From Octopus vulgaris (taxonomy: Eukaryota), in the NCBI GenBank assembly GCA_951406725.2, contig OX597822.1, forward strand, positions 106,950,001 through 107,014,000: a stretch of DNA of 64,000 nt, read 5' to 3'. The first letter of the stretch is position 1. Each line of letters starts with the position of its first letter. This document shows, in pieces, positions 26,803 through 42,022 of this stretch. The translations under genes and the position numbers were made by a program. The notes beneath the pieces were generated by a model. It was not told the origin of the DNA. It was given only the letters and a program-made list of their open reading frames with translations, and searched no databases.

Positions 26803-27385
26803 GATAACGATGATGATGATGGTGATGATGGTGATGATGATGATGGTGATGATGATGATGACGACGACGATGATGAAGATGATTGTGATGATGATGATGA
26901 TGATGATGATGGTGATGATATGGTGATGATGATGGTGATGATGGTGATGATATGGTGATGATGATGGTGATGATGATGACGACGACGACGATGACGATGA
27001 TGATGGTGATGATGATGATAATGATGATGGTGATGGTGATAATGATGATGGTGATGATGGTGATGATGGTGATGATGGTGATGATGATGACGACGACGAC
27101 GACGATGATGATGATGATGACGATGAAATTAAAGATAATTGCAATGACAATGATGGTAATTTATGAAATAATGATTTTGATGATGGTTGTTATAACGATG
27201 ACGACGATAACAACGATAACGACGACGATGATGATGATTATAATGTCCACGATAAAGAGCAGGATAATTACAATGATAATGATGGTAATTATAATGATGA
27301 TATTGAAGATGATAATGAGGATGATGATGACGACGATGACAACGATGCTGGTTATAATAACGATGATGATAGTGATGATGATATT
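26803..27385. repeat. (GAT/GGT/GAC)n low-complexity tract
   Basis: Directly visible; similar tract at 22500-22990. Confidence 0.9.
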
Positions 27386-27389
27386 ATTA

Positions 27390-27612
27390 GTTTCAAATAT
27401 TGGCACAAGGCCAGCAATTTCGTGCGGTGGGATATGTCGATTACGTCGACCCTCCCCCAAGTGCTCAACTGGTATTTAACTTATCGACCCCGAAATAATG
27501 AAAGGCATAATCGACCTCGTCGAAATTTGAACTCAAAACATAAAGAGGGACGGACGAAATGCCGCTAAGCACTTTGACCCCTGTGCAAAAGAGTCTGGCA
27601 GCTCGCCGCCTT
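27390..27612 (-). mobile_element. S2 SINE
   Basis: Reverse complement of the S2 head and body. Confidence 0.8.
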
Positions 27613-28393
27613 TGTGATAATAATAATCATTCTCTATGACGATGCTACTTCATTGCTAGTCTTTACAATCTAGTCATCTCCTGGGCGTACCTATGAATAG
27701 AACGTATTTGGTAGAAGAGTAAATACGTGAGTACCACGTGGAACCTAGATCTGTTAGTCAAATTTAGTATGAACTTATCTTTACTAATGACTGCCTTCAT
27801 TAGCATAGAGATATCACCAGGGACTATAACATGACGTTAGTGGAGTCTATCAGGAAAGTTACTCTTCATTGGAATGGTACATACAGAAATCTCAGAGATG
27901 GTGGTGTGGATTTCCACCTCGGCATCCGAAACTCAGAGTTTTATCTTGGCTACTGAATAATTGTCACATATTTTTACAGATAAATTTCCTCTATTTACAT
28001 AATATTGATGTCCCTTTCTTTTGCTATCTTACCGTTTTTACCAATATATATATATATATATATATATGTTTTTTCTTATATATCTTGAGTTCGTTGCACT
28101 GGAGAGCATAGAATGCATATTCTGCATTGAATGCGAAATCACAGGTGATATGTAACTAAATTCTGTTTTTAAATGACTAGCTTTGAAGTTTTGCATTCGG
28201 TACAATTTGTTTATTTTAGTAGTTTTGACTGCAAAAGTCTCTCCTAGCGTGCGGTACCTATGAATAATAGTACCCTCTATATAATATAAATAAGTATTTT
28301 CAAAGTTGAAAAAATTTACAGATTTTTTCTCTTACGAGGTTTTTCACGCTAACTACTGATAATTTCTTATAAAGATTTTATCCTTATTTTTAA

Positions 28394-28512
<119 letters not shown>

Positions 28513-29816
28513 TGTGTGTATGTGAGTGTGTGTATGTGTGTTGTATAGATATATATTCATGCAAATTCACTTATAATCTGTTCATTCGGGAGAGAAATAT
28601 ATCATAGCGAATACAACGCAATGAAAAATATTCAAATATTTTTTCAGTTTTAACGTTTGCTGTCAGTCAAAAGAAAACCTCCAGTGAATCATATCGCGGA
28701 GCATTCAAGAGAAGGTTACGTAAAGCCATGTTTGCCATAAGCAGCATTTAAATCATTATAAAGCATTATTGAATATTATATCAAGTTACTGTTTAGAATA
28801 CCATATCAAAAGTATTTAAAATTATATGCTATTAGCATACACTTGACGAGCACTTAGTAATGCATAACTACTAAACTGTTCCTTAGTGCCATATATCGCA
28901 GCGCTACATATGGCAGACTATTCTATATTTGTTGAGAATGTTGATAAGTTTAATTTATAAAAATAATACTCGTAATACTGTCCGTTTTATTCCCTCTCTC
29001 GCCCATTAAAAAAGGAAAAGAGAGAGTTATGCTAACAAAAGAAAAGAGACAAGAAATGTCTTTGATGTCGAGCAATTTCTAATAGCTATTAATTAAATTC
29101 CTGCGAAAAACAAATCGATAACTGATTTCTGCAGTGCAAACCATAATCTACGATTCCGATAAAGAACAAACGGGATTACCATTATTAATCAGTTTTTTTT
29201 TTGTTTTTTTTTTTGGAACCCGATGTCTGTGGAGTTGTTGCTAAAAACAGAAAGCAATAATCGATAAATATATAACCAAGAATTACAAAATACATGATAA
29301 TAAAAAACAAAACAATACAATGTGATCTGTATTATTGAAAGGTGTTATGATTGGTCAACTGTTTTGGAGAAGAGCTACAGCTAAACTTTGAACTCACATT
29401 CAGCATGTAATCCGCTAACTCAAGTTTGAACACATATTGTCCGCGCATTCATTTATCCTTGAATACATGATTTTGGCAGCAAATCAAAATTTTCAAGAGA
29501 AAGTCTAATGACTTCGTAAACTATTCAGTCTTTGCTGGTTAATGATATCTTTCATAAACGAAGCTAATATTTACAACAAAGCCAAATACATTTCCACTTC
29601 CAAGTTATTACTGAACTAATAGCGTAGGTACGCGTCACAATTGGTCAAGGCGATTGATTTTTGTCCAATGGAAATCTTGCTTTTATCAAGTCAATACACT
29701 AATTGAAAACAGTGGGAGCATTGCACTATGGATCAGTGTTTCATGCGCTTCCAGAGCTGAAATATGTTTCTTTGAATTCAACGTTTACTAGTTTTTTTGT
29801 TTTTTTTTACCTATAT

Positions 29817-30230
29817 AGGCGTAGGAGTGGCTGTGTGGTAAGTTGCTTGCTTATGAGTCACATGGTTCCGGGTTCATCCCACTGCGTGGCACCTTGGGCA
29901 AGTGCCTTCTACTATAGCCTCGGGCCGACCAAATCCTTGTGAGTGGATTTGGTAGACGGAAACTGAAAGAATCCCGTCGTATATATGTATATATATATGT
30001 ATGTGTGTGTATTTGTTTGCGTGTCTGTGTTTGTCCCCCCAACATCGCTTGACAACCGATGCTGATTTGTTTACGTCCCCGTAATTTAGCGGTTCGGTAA
30101 AAGGTTCCCGATAGAATAAGTACTAGGCTTCCAAAGAATAAGTCCTGGGGTCGATTTGCTCGACTAAAGGAAGTACTCCAGCATGGTCGCAGTCAAATAA
30201 CTGAAACAAGTAAATGAGTAAAAGAGTAAA
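29817..30230 (+). mobile_element. S1 SINE
   Basis: Matches 5039-5445. Confidence 0.9.
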
Positions 30231-30501
30231 GAGATATGAGGTCATTGAAAATAAATAGTATCGTTGGTTACACGTTTCCAACAAGCTACTCACTAATTCA
30301 CTGTCGAAGTGACAAGTAAGTCTCCCTATCTCGGGACAGAACAAATATCACAAAGGATATCTTTCGAAAAGCGTTGTTCTTTTCCCCTAGTTTTGTCGCT
30401 GTAACACGAACGTTTTATAGAAATTTTGTTAATTATCAGTTTCTCCTTGGTTCATTTCAGCACATCATCGAAATCAGCAAGGGCGATAACAGCAACTACA
30501 A

Positions 30502-30880
30502 TGGAGGTACAATGGCCCAATGGTTAGAGCAGCGAACTCGCGGTCGGAGGATCGCGGTTTCGATCCCCAGACCGGGCGTTGTGTGTGTTTATTGAGCGAA
30601 AACACCTAAAGCTCCACGAGGCTCCGGCAGGGGGTGGTGGCGACCCCTGTTATACTCTTTCGTCCCAACTTTCTCTCACTTGTTCTTCCTGTTTCTTGTC
30701 CCCGACTTCCTACGCAACCGCTGCGCCTGGATGCGCATTCATTCATCCGTCGATGCTCTCGGTGTCGAGGGTTGACCTGCTTTCTCTTCTGCGGGTCTTA
30801 CGAATAGCAAAGGACCACGTTTCGGACTTCTCCCATCTTGCGAGCTCTGGGACGAAGACCGTTCGCTCAACAGCAACAGC
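30502..30880 (+). mobile_element. tRNA-derived SINE (type S4) with 14-bp target-site duplication
   Basis: Head tggcccaatggttagagc...gtttcgatccc (A and B boxes); aacagcaactacaa at 30488-30501 and 30881-30894. Confidence 0.8.
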
Positions 30881-31240
30881 AACAGCAACTACAAAAAATG
30901 ATGCATTGATTCCAGTCAATGAATACACCTCTAAGTGGTTGGTCGACCTACTAGAAATAGCTGCTAAATTTTCCTCATATCGCAGAGCAGATTTTAGTTA
31001 ATGTAGTTTTAGTTGTTTAAAAAATCTGGACAAAGACAACAGGGACGTCTCTCGTCGGACGATAGGAGTGCTCGAACAGGAAGGACTTAAACAAAATTAA
31101 ACTACGATTCAAGCCTCTTCTTTCGTTGAGAAATAGCTTAAACCTAACATTAAGCGTTTTGATCTCTTCAGTCACAAACGGTCTGAAAGGCCGTGCATTC
31201 TCTCTTCCTCCAGGTTCAGCAAGTAAAAGTAGAAAACGAT

Positions 31241-31527
<287 letters not shown>

Positions 31528-31629
31528 GAGTAACACCAACAGATAATATTTTTTCTCAAGAATTCTCTTTCTTCGCTTGAACATTGGTGTATAAATTTAC
31601 CAAACAAGAGGTGACTAGATCCAAGTAGG

Positions 31630-31872
31630 ATATTGGTTTCAAATTTTGGCACAAGGCCAGCAAATTCTGGGTCTGAGTGGGGGTCAGGGTGATGGCGGGG
31701 CTAAGTCGATTACACTGACCCAAGTGTCCAACTGGTACCTATTTTATCGACCCCGAAATGATGAAAGACAAAGCTGACCTCGGCGGAATTTGAACTCGGG
31801 ACAAAAAAACAGACGAAATGCTGCTAAACATTTTGCCCGGCGTGCTAACGATTCTGCCATCTCGTTCCCTTA
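31630..31872 (-). mobile_element. S2 SINE
   Basis: Reverse complement of the S2 consensus. Confidence 0.8.
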
Positions 31873-33042
31873 GATCCAAGCAAAATATTGACCAGCATAG
31901 TCAGGAAACTCTGTGCGACAAAACCGTTGAGACAATGCTTATAACAGAATGCGTCAGAAAAAAATAACAACCGCTTATGGGTTTTCTGCTCTTAGGAACG
32001 TAGCAAAAGTGTCTTATTGTTGCTAATGTTTCATGGTTTTGTTTTACAGGTCTCATTACGGTTTGGACTGATGAAACTGGGAGTTTATTGCTGCGCGTTA
32101 TACAAGATGTTTCAAATAATTGAAAAATAGCAACAAAAAAAAAATGACGTCTCAATATGATAACAACACAAGCACGTCTGTGATCAAAGGTGAAAGATCT
32201 TGAAAAGGAATTTGAGGATGAATATATATTGATAAAAGGAACATTGGCACCGGAAAAGAGAAGAAAACTAGAAGAAACATTCGAGTTCACATTTGTGGAC
32301 TTTGTGGTGTTCGCAGTAAAATAGGAAAAAATTGACAAGTAAGTGATAACTGATGGGGCAGTTAACATCACTTTTATCTCTCAGTTTCACCCTTTTTATC
32401 ATCTTATCATACGATAATTTTTTTTTTGATGTTTTGTGTCCCCAATGTGTTGTAGTGTCCCCTCTATTTAAGACCTTTATGGTTAATAAAAAAATCACAC
32501 AGTTTCCATAGTATCAACTATATTACCTAAGGTTTTCCTTCTCTCTTTTAAAATCAAGTATGGCAAGTCTGGAGTGAATTAAGTCGTTGCTTCTTGCCGG
32601 TCAATGACTGAATGGATAATGTATTGCTGAACAGATCAACACTATTCCAAAGACTTCATGACAACAACACGTTAAGCGACGTTAATTCAATGAGATTCTA
32701 GCTTGACCAATTACTGCTTTATATATTCAATTAGTTTCTATTGTGGCATCGTTACTATCTCATACATACACACACAATGTCGTCTCGTTTAAAAGCCGTC
32801 AGTTACATCGTTACTACTAGACATTTGCATAGATGTAATCAGGGCCATTTTAATACCGTTATATACACCTGCGCATAGCAATGCACTGGGGTAGTATATA
32901 TGCAACTACAGCGTACATGGATCAGCACTGGGCCTCTAAATTCCGAGTAACTGCTTCATGTGTAATCAACTTTATAAATATAGTGTAGAATCTCTACAAC
33001 CAGTTGCCGAAAGACAGCACTGGTTCTATAGTGAGTCTATAC

Positions 33043-33358
33043 TCGTAGCTTAGTGGTTAGGGTAATCGGCGAACGATCGTAAGGTCGCCAGTTCGATGCT
33101 TGGCGGCGCGTTGTGTCCTTGAGCGAGTCACTTTATTTCACGTTGCTCCAGTCCACTCATGGCAAAAATTAGTAATACCTGTATTTCAAAGTCGTCCTTG
33201 TCACATTCTGTGTCACGCTGAACTACACGAGAACTACGTTAAGGGCACACGTGTCTGTGGAGTGTTCAGTCACTTGCACGTTAATTTCACGACCAGGCTG
33301 TTCCGTTGATCGGTATCAACTGTAAGCCCCGCCGTCGGAACCGACGGAGTGCCAGTTA
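33043..33358 (+). mobile_element. tRNA-derived SINE (type S5)
   Basis: gtagcttagtggttaggg...gttcgatgc head, then ccttgagcgagtcactttatttcacgttgctccagtccactca shared with S3. Confidence 0.7.
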
Positions 33359-33652
33359 GTTAGTACGCGATATCTCGATTTGTTTGAAAGAGGAACGAAA
33401 TCTTCCTCATCGTATAGTGACGATCAGTGCTGGGATATTTTCGTTCGCAGTTCTGCTCGGTGAGGGTTCACTCAGAGCGAATGGCATCACCACCAACAAA
33501 ATACAATGTCAATAACAGCAACATAAAGCACCATCACCACTTCTATCTCTACCGCCGTTTCCCCGTGACCGCCACGACGAAGACAACGGCGACTACCATC
33601 AGCATGTCCACTAACACGACGACGACGATGACGACGACAGCTAATTGATCAG

Positions 33653-33751
<99 letters not shown>

Positions 33752-33930
33752 ATGTTAATCTCGACTTCGAGTCCGGAATGGAAAATGTCCTCTTCGATCG
33801 AATCCCTACAGGAAGCATTACTTTTTGTGATATAATCTCCAGTACCAACCTTCTCCTGTTGGCCTTAAACTCACAGCTATCACTCAAAACGCAGTGAAGC
33901 GGAAGATTATAAGATACCAATCATTAATGT

Positions 33931-34229
33931 TCGAGTGGAGGCACATGGCCTAGTGGTTAGAGCCACGGACTCGCGGTTCGAAATTCAGACCGGGCGATGT
34001 GTTTGTGTATTTATGAGCGAAACATCTACGCTCCATGTGGCTCTGGCAGAAGATAATGGCAAACTCCTGCTGACTCTTTCGCCACAACATTCTCCCATTC
34101 TTTCCTTCTGATTTAGCAGGACACCTTCGACGGAATGGCGTCCCGTACAGGTGAGGAACCTATACGCCAATGAAACCGGGAAACCGGCCCTTATGAGCCA
34201 AGTATGTCACGAGAAGGAACTAGCAACAA
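33931..34229 (+). mobile_element. S4-head SINE with a different 3' half; 13-bp target-site duplication
   Basis: Head matches the 30502 copy; caatcattaatgt at 33918-33930 and 34230-34242. Confidence 0.8.
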
Positions 34230-34537
34230 CAATCATTAATGTATATAAGATACCAATTATTAATATATATATATATATTAGTTTTGCCGCTGGTTACTAT
34301 TAAGATTTCCGATGATATCAATCCCTGAACTGACACTCTTCCCTGTAGGGGCGAGGGCGCCCGAGGAAAGAAATCGGTAATATAAGGTCGAAGAGGCAGA
34401 GGATATCGCTAGCAGTTCTTGGTGCCAATGATGTTGCCAACTTTTCAGTCAGGAGTTCATGAGATAAGTTCTCTTTTTACTTGTGTTTTGTTTTTCCTGT
34501 TAACAACAAATTATCTGATACATGTATGTATGTATGT

Positions 34538-34594
<57 letters not shown>

Positions 34595-34729
34595 TATATC
34601 AGATAATTTGTTGAAGAAGATGAAAGAGGAGAAGAACAAGAAGTAGAAAAAAGAACGACAACAACAACAACTACAACAATAATATTAATAATAATAGGCA
34701 ACACGAACGATATTTGGACAGCTAGCCTG

Positions 34730-34787
<58 letters not shown>

Positions 34788-34849
34788 CAACAAAAACGAC
34801 AACAACAGCAGCAACAACAACAACAACAGTAACAATAATAATAGTAATA

Positions 34850-35280
34850 ATAATCCTTTCTACTGGAAGCAAAAAGGCCTCAAATTCGTGGGGCGGGACC
34901 AGCATTTCCCTGGTATTTACTTTATCGGCCCCGAACAAATGAAAGGCAAAGCCGACCTCGTAGAAAATTGAACTGAGAACGGGTGAAATACCGCTAACCA
35001 TTTCTTCCAGCGTGCTAGCGATTCTGCCAGCGAGCCGCCTTAACAACAACAACAACAATAATGATTTCAAAATTTGCCACATGGGCAGCCATTTTGGGGA
35101 GGGGATAACTCGATTACATCGATCTCAGTGTTACATTGGTACTTAATTTTTTCGAGCCCGAAAGGATGAAAGGCAAAGTCGACCATAGAGGAATTTCAAC
35201 TCAGAACATAAAGACAGGCGAAATACCGCTAATCATTTCGTCATCAAGCCTGCTAACGATTCTCCCAGCTCGCCGCCTTA
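34850..35280 (-). mobile_element. Two tandem S2 SINEs in (AAT/CAA)n
   Basis: Copies at about 34850-35041 and 35062-35280. Confidence 0.8.
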
Positions 35281-36827
35281 GCAAACAACAACAACAAAAA
35301 CAACAACAGCAACAACAACAACCAAAAATAATCGGCTAATGTATCGGTATATGTAAATCTTCGTAGTTAAAACCAGTGTTGAAGACTAATCTTAAGCAAT
35401 CTGTCGAACACTAATCTGAATGGTGAGGGAAAATATCTGTACTAAGTGTACTGCTTCAACTTTAATCTGTGTTCAGCTCCCTCTACAAGCCATAACAGTT
35501 TCAGGCATGACTACCTCTATATCCTTCAATCAAGCATGAAACGAAATATCACAGAATTTAATTCCGAAAAGTAGTGCAAGTGATTTACAAATGGTTGCCT
35601 TTACGAAAGAAATGGAAACGTAAAGAAACAAAAATAAGGAAAAATAAAAAAAGAAAAATAAATAGAAAAACATAAATGAGAACGAACAAATATACAAAAC
35701 AACATGTAATTTACTTTCATGTTGTGCCTATCAAATTTCTTCCGTCATACACCTATCCTCTACACAATAGATATATGCATACATACATGCTTACATATAC
35801 ATATATATGTGTATGTTTGTATAAAACCTCTTGGGATAGATATAAAAAAAATATATAGATATATAGCCATAAAGGCATATACATAAATATATATATATAC
35901 ATATATGTATACATACATGCCTACATACAAGGATAAATATTCATAGATATGTACATATACACACATAGAGTCATAGTCACATACGCATTCATATACGCAC
36001 ACATATAAATGGGAGACATGAGCACATAATAGGTATTGTTGTTTCCGTGAAAGATATATGGATGTCTATTTATTACGTATATTCATACAAAGTCATAAAT
36101 ATATGCACATACATGTATATGCATGCCCACATGAACATATACGTACATATAACTATATATCTCTAAAAATGTGTGATACATACATACACACATGCACGCG
36201 CACATAGATGCGAGTTCTCGTCTTATATTTGAATACACTGCCAAAAACTAGATTTTATATTGTGACTGATGATATAGATAAAACACAATCGATGTATTTT
36301 ATACGAAAATAAGTAGATGACCTGACAACATTTTACAAAAGTACAATATATTTGGTAGCTCAATATTTAGTACGATAACTCGGAACAAGTATACTTCCAA
36401 CAAAAGTCTGTGATTATCTCCTGCAGTATCTTTTCTTATAAATCTGAAATCGTTGGCTATTAAGCTGCACTAGTAAGCTCTATAGGATATTTAAAAAAAA
36501 AGTTTTCATAAGATCTTTGCTTTTCCTAGAGGAATGAGGTCAGATGATTATCTGAATCAAATACTCAATAATGTGTAATATAATTAATTATAAGCTAGTT
36601 TGTCATGCATTTTGCAGAATGACAGGCTGCGTCATTCTGTTGAAATATCGGGCTAAGCATGATCAACATTGATCATGTTCCGCAATTTCTTCTTCAGAAT
36701 ATCCAAGTACGTTTCAGAATTTATTCCGTTCTTTGAGGTATTAATGTAACTATCAGCTCCGTACTTTCTGAATTCACATTCATATCATAAAGAATGGGCA
36801 TGCTTTAACATTTACTAGTGAGCGTAA

Positions 36828-37265
36828 CGAGCTGGCAGATCTGTTGGCAGAAACGATGGCACGGCGGGCGAAATGCTTAGCGGTATTTCGTCTGCCGCTA
36901 CGTTCTGAGTTCCAGTTACGCCGAGGTTGACTTTGCCTTTCATCCTTTCGGGGTCGATGAGATAAATACCAGTTACACACTGGGGTTGATATAATCGACT
37001 TAATCCGTTTGACTGTCCTTGTTTGTCCTCTCTGTGTTTAGCCCCTTGTGGGTAGTAAAGAAATAGGTCTGTTGGCACGCCGAGCAAAATGCTAAGCTGC
37101 ATTTCGTCCGTCAGTGCGTTCTGATTTCAAATTCCGGCGAGGTCAACTTTGCCTTTCATCATTTTAGGGTCGATAAAAGAAGTACCAGTTGAGCATTGTG
37201 GTCGATATAATCGACTTACCCACTCCCAATAAATTGCTCACCTTGTGCTAAAATTTGAAAACAAT
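36828..37265 (+). mobile_element. Dimeric S2 SINE
   Basis: Two successive S2 units with different 3' tails. Confidence 0.8.
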
Positions 37266-37728
37266 ATTAATCCAGAATTGTACCCTGTGTAATTTAGCTG
37301 ACAGTCAAAAGGAGCAATAAGTGCAAATTGCTTCATTTATGTCTCGTTCATAACGAGCACTCTAAGTCAGTGTTCCTTAGGGCATCCTATTTGATCCTTG
37401 AATATTTGAACATGATTTTGAGGGTTTTACAATGATAACGTTATTATGGTTTTCGTTTGACGTCATCGAAACCTTTCTGCAACAGACGTCTCAGAGTTCT
37501 GATTCTGCACTTTAAAATTGCTGGCAACTGTATTTGTATGATACTGATAGGAGTAAATAGGTTTAGAGCACAAAGAGGATAATAAATAAGATTAGTTTGA
37601 AGAGTTGTGGCACGAAGTCTGTCTGATTAACCAAACGACTTGTATCTGAGCAGAATCAACAGATTAATTTCAGGCGAAGTTTTCCTAAATAATCACTCTC
37701 TTGCAAAACACACACATACACACACACA

Positions 37729-37809
<81 letters not shown>

Positions 37810-38105
37810 ATCTGATGGCCTTTTTTCCTGAAAATGATAACCATAAATTAATTAGAAATATAAATTTACTCTTAAATGTTAAATTGAAAACGAAATTATG
37901 AAATAGTATTTTACGAAATAATATTTAATTATTCATGTATATCACGAAATAAAATTAACTTTTGTACAGGTAAATATCTTGCAGAGAATGTCTTTCATAT
38001 CTTTATATATAATCTATTTAGTATAATATTACTGATCTCTGTCTGTGTCTCTCTCTCCATGCATATATATATAGACACACACGTAAATACAAAGATATAT
38101 ACATA

Positions 38106-38136
<31 letters not shown>

Positions 38137-38147
38137 TTTAAAAATTA

Positions 38148-38645
38148 TTTTTATCTAGTTTCAGCTCACAAGCTGTGGCCATGCTGGGGCACCGCCATTT
38201 GGTGTTGCTACATGATTTTACTTCACGAATGCTTTTTAGCAATTGCCATTTGGTGAATGAGAGAGTTCGATGCAGCTGCCCTCATCTGCACCTCCTGCCG
38301 TAAAGTTGGTTCATCTGGGACGCCTGACAAGAAGAGATCCAGTTTTATTTTAAAGACATCTGCATCCGCCCCATGCAGGTCTCTTAGGTTCTTCGGGAGG
38401 ATATTGAAGAGCTGTGGGCCTCGGAAGCCCAGGCTATCACAGTATCTTGTCCTACATCCTGATGGCAAATTTGGAGTCCTTGGCACTATGCAGTGGCGCC
38501 CAGTTCTGGCATTTGTGTAACTCTCGATGCCAAAGTTTGGGACAAGTCCTTCTAGGATCTTCCAGATGTATATTATGGCATATCTTTCTCGCCTACGCTC
38601 TAAGGAATAGAGTCTCAATCTCTTGAGTCTTTCCCAATAGCTTAT
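38148..38645 (-). mobile_element. 5'-truncated CR1/L2-group LINE: ORF2 C-terminus plus 3' tail
   Basis: Open frame SYWERLKRLRLYSLERRRERYAIIYIWKILEGLVPN...GPQLFNILP...FKIKLDLFLSGVPDEP; tail ggcggtgccccagcatggccacagcttgtgagctgaaactagataaaa. Confidence 0.85.
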
Positions 38646-38864
38646 ATGCTTATATATATATATAAGGAAAATAAAGACAAGGTAGAAAAGTAGAAAATGC
38701 TAAAATAATTTTATCGTGAAGAACACTTTAGTACCGGTTTCTGACCTTTTAAAACCTAGAGTAAAGCATGAAAAACAATTAAATTGTGAAAAAATATTAA
38801 ATGAAATGTTTTTTAAAAATATTTTTCATAGTTTTAACATCAAGGGACTTCTCCCCCTTTTCTG

Positions 38865-38898
<34 letters not shown>

Positions 38899-39239
38899 TT
38901 TTACTCATCTGAGTTCTAGGTAGTAGGCAGCAGGTAGTAGTAGTTATTTGATATGAATTCTTGTCTTTGTTTGTTTAAGCAGCAATAGTAGTTGAGAAAA
39001 GAGGCGGCGAAGAAAAAGTGAAAGCATGAGAAAAATGCTTGAGTGGTATGGCAGTAGCAGGATATTAGTGGTATCCTCTTAAATGGTCAGGTGACCTAAA
39101 AGTGACCCGTTGTAGTTGTAATAGTAGTGATTGGAATTATTCTGAATAAATTCATTTGAAGGGACTGTTCTGAATTTATCGTTTTTAATATTTGCGTGGG
39201 TATTATTCTAAGACCCTTGTAATAGTGTCATTTGTGGTG

Positions 39240-39412
39240 GACGTATTCACAAGGGGTTTATATTTTGTGATAAAGAATGACTCTTTACTAATACGCTGAC
39301 TACAGGATGCATCGTCTCTGAATTGATAGAGGGGTAAACATTCTGAAGCTGGATTGTTTGTTATTGGCACAAATGTCAATATGTTCGGTGAATGCTATTT
39401 TTCTGTATCTAT
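39240..39412 (-). mobile_element. Penelope-like GIY-YIG C-terminal fragment
   Basis: RYRKIAFTEHIDICANNKQ...RISKESFFITKYKPLVN; resembles the end of the 58850-60460 element. Confidence 0.6.
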
Positions 39413-39417
39413 ATACA

Positions 39418-39750
39418 GGCGCGTGGCTCAGTGGTTAGAGCGTCGAGCTTACGATCGTGAGGTTGTGAGCTCGAATCCCGAACCGAGCTGCGTGTTGTGT
39501 TCTTGAGCAAGACACTTTATTTCACGTTGCTCCAGTTCACTCAGCTGTAGAAATGAGTTGCGACGTCACAGGTGCCAAGCTGTATCGACCTTTGTCTTTC
39601 CCTTGGGTAACACTGGTGGCGTGGAGAGGGGAGGCCGGTATGCATGGGCGACTACTGGTCTTCCATAAAAAAACCTTGCCCAGACTTGTGCCTCAGAGGG
39701 TAACTCTCTAGGTGCAAACCCATGGTCACTCATGACCGAAGGGGGTCTTT
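39418..39750 (+). mobile_element. Full-length tRNA-derived SINE (type S3)
   Basis: ggcgcgtggctcagtggttagagcg...gagctcgaatccc head; body shared with 19750-19990. Confidence 0.85.
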
Positions 39751-39778
39751 TATATACGTATACACAAAAACTCACGCG

Positions 39779-39821
<43 letters not shown>

Positions 39822-40267
39822 GCGCACACACACACACACACACACACACATGCACACATGTCGCTACATAGTGTTCAATATAAAATAGAGATACGGTAAT
39901 GTAACTTAATATTACATTCTAAGTTATGCATGCAAAAGCATTAGAAAATACATATCTTAGTATTTCTTCTTGTATACTCGGCGTTTATCTTTCTTTGCTT
40001 ATATATACACAATGGGGGTGTCATGGGCACACTTTATAGGGATTCCTGATTCACGGGTTTCTTATAACTAAGATGTGTTATATTATTTCAGGGTTCGGTG
40101 TTCAGGGGTCATGATAGAATGTATACAGACATCACCGGTTAGATATAGGGCTAAGTCAGAGGGAGGCGAAAGTTAATGTTGCTCTCTGACTTTGTCTCTA
40201 TGTGTGTATGCATGTATGTACGTATGTTTGTATACATATATATATATATATATACATAGATACGTAC

Positions 40268-40309
<42 letters not shown>

Positions 40310-40808
40310 ATCAACACTAAAGATGTATATATGTATATATAAGTTTGTGAGTGGATTGCTCTAATAAAGCTTTATATCGTATAGGGATTGTGTTATGAGA
40401 GTGTAGAACTGGGATACAGAGAAAGAAAGAGGTAAGATAAGAGTTGCTTGAGGAGGTCACATGCTAGGCTTGGTGGCAGACAATGAGTAAAGAAGCACTA
40501 TAAACACATGCACCAAGATACAAAGAGTTAGCAGTAGAGGAACAGTAAGAAAAGGATGTGGAAGAGGTGGAAGGGGAGGAAGAAAAGAGAGAGTAGGAGG
40601 AGTAGATCTGGCAGAAGCTATATGAATGAAAAAAATTATTTTATTTAAATGTTATAAGCGTTTTTCTTCTGAAAATTAGTATTGATTTCATCATTTTCAG
40701 CAAGAAATGTGATAAGGGCTAAACAATAATTACTGTCTATCTGTCAATATTTTCTTGATTTTACCCATGATAGTAAAAGTGTTGGAATAGTTCCAGAGTT
40801 ATCATCAA

Positions 40809-41210
40809 AGGCGTACGAATGGCTGTGTGGTAAGTAGCTTGCTTAACAACCACATGGTTTCGGGTTCAGTCCCACTGCGTGGCACCTTGGATAAGTGTCT
40901 TCTACTATAGCCTCGGGCCAACAAAAGCCTTGTGAGTGGGTTTGATAGACGGAAACTGAAAGAAGCCGGTCGTATATATGTATATATGTGTGTGTATGTT
41001 TGTGTGTCTGTGTTTGTACCCCAGCATCGCTTGACAACCGAAGCTGGTGCGTTTAAGTCCCCGTGACTTAGCGGTTCGGCAAAAAAACGCGATAGAATAA
41101 GTACTAGGCTTACAAAGAATAAGTCCTGGGGTTTATTTGCTCGACAAAAATGCGGTGCTCCAGCATGGCCACAGTCAAATGACTGAAACAATTAAAAGAG
41201 TAAAAGAGTA
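40809..41210 (+). mobile_element. S1 SINE
   Basis: Matches 5039-5445; a more decayed copy follows at about 41430-41760. Confidence 0.85.
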
Positions 41211-41781
41211 ATATGATAGTATTCTACCATGCACACCCGCACACACACACGCACACACACACTCGAACAGAGACACACACACATAAAATTCGTCCGTGGC
41301 AGCCTTCAACTTTTTCTATCCAAAGGACTTTTAAACCTAAGATTTACACGACATTATCTACTACGAGTCAGACCATTTAAACAAATTATTGCATATTCTC
41401 TCATAGTTACTAAACTCTTATGATATAAGCAAGCTGTGTTGTAAGAAGATTGCTTCACAGCCACATGGTTCCGGGTTCAGTTCCACTGCGTGGCACCTTA
41501 GGCAAGTCCCTTCTCGGGCCAACGAAAGCCTTGTGAATGGATTTGGAAGATGTAAAGTGAAAGATGTCCGTCGTATATATATATATATATATATCACCGC
41601 TTGACAACCAGTGTTGATGTGTTTACGGCCCCGTAACATAGTGGTTCGTCAAAGAGACCGATCGAATAAGTACTAAGCTTAAAAATTAAAAATAAGTACT
41701 GGAGTTGATTTATTCGACTAACCCCCATCCCCAAAGCGGTTCCCCAGCATGGCCGCAGTCATACATACATGCATATGTATG

Positions 41782-41836
<55 letters not shown>

Positions 41837-41868
41837 CATAAGTGGGAAACTGAATTCTCGTCGATAAG

Positions 41869-41927
<59 letters not shown>

Positions 41928-42022
41928 TTAGAGACAAAACCACTATTTTGCAAATCAAACAAAGAAAGACTTAATCCAATACATAAAAAAATTTTTATAT
42001 AAATTAAATAAAATTATATTCG

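Noticed and set aside
39418-39492. tRNA gene (also 30503-30577 and 33937-33995)
   Set aside because: A and B boxes are present but acceptor and anticodon stems pair poorly, and the sequence continues into repeated SINE bodies.
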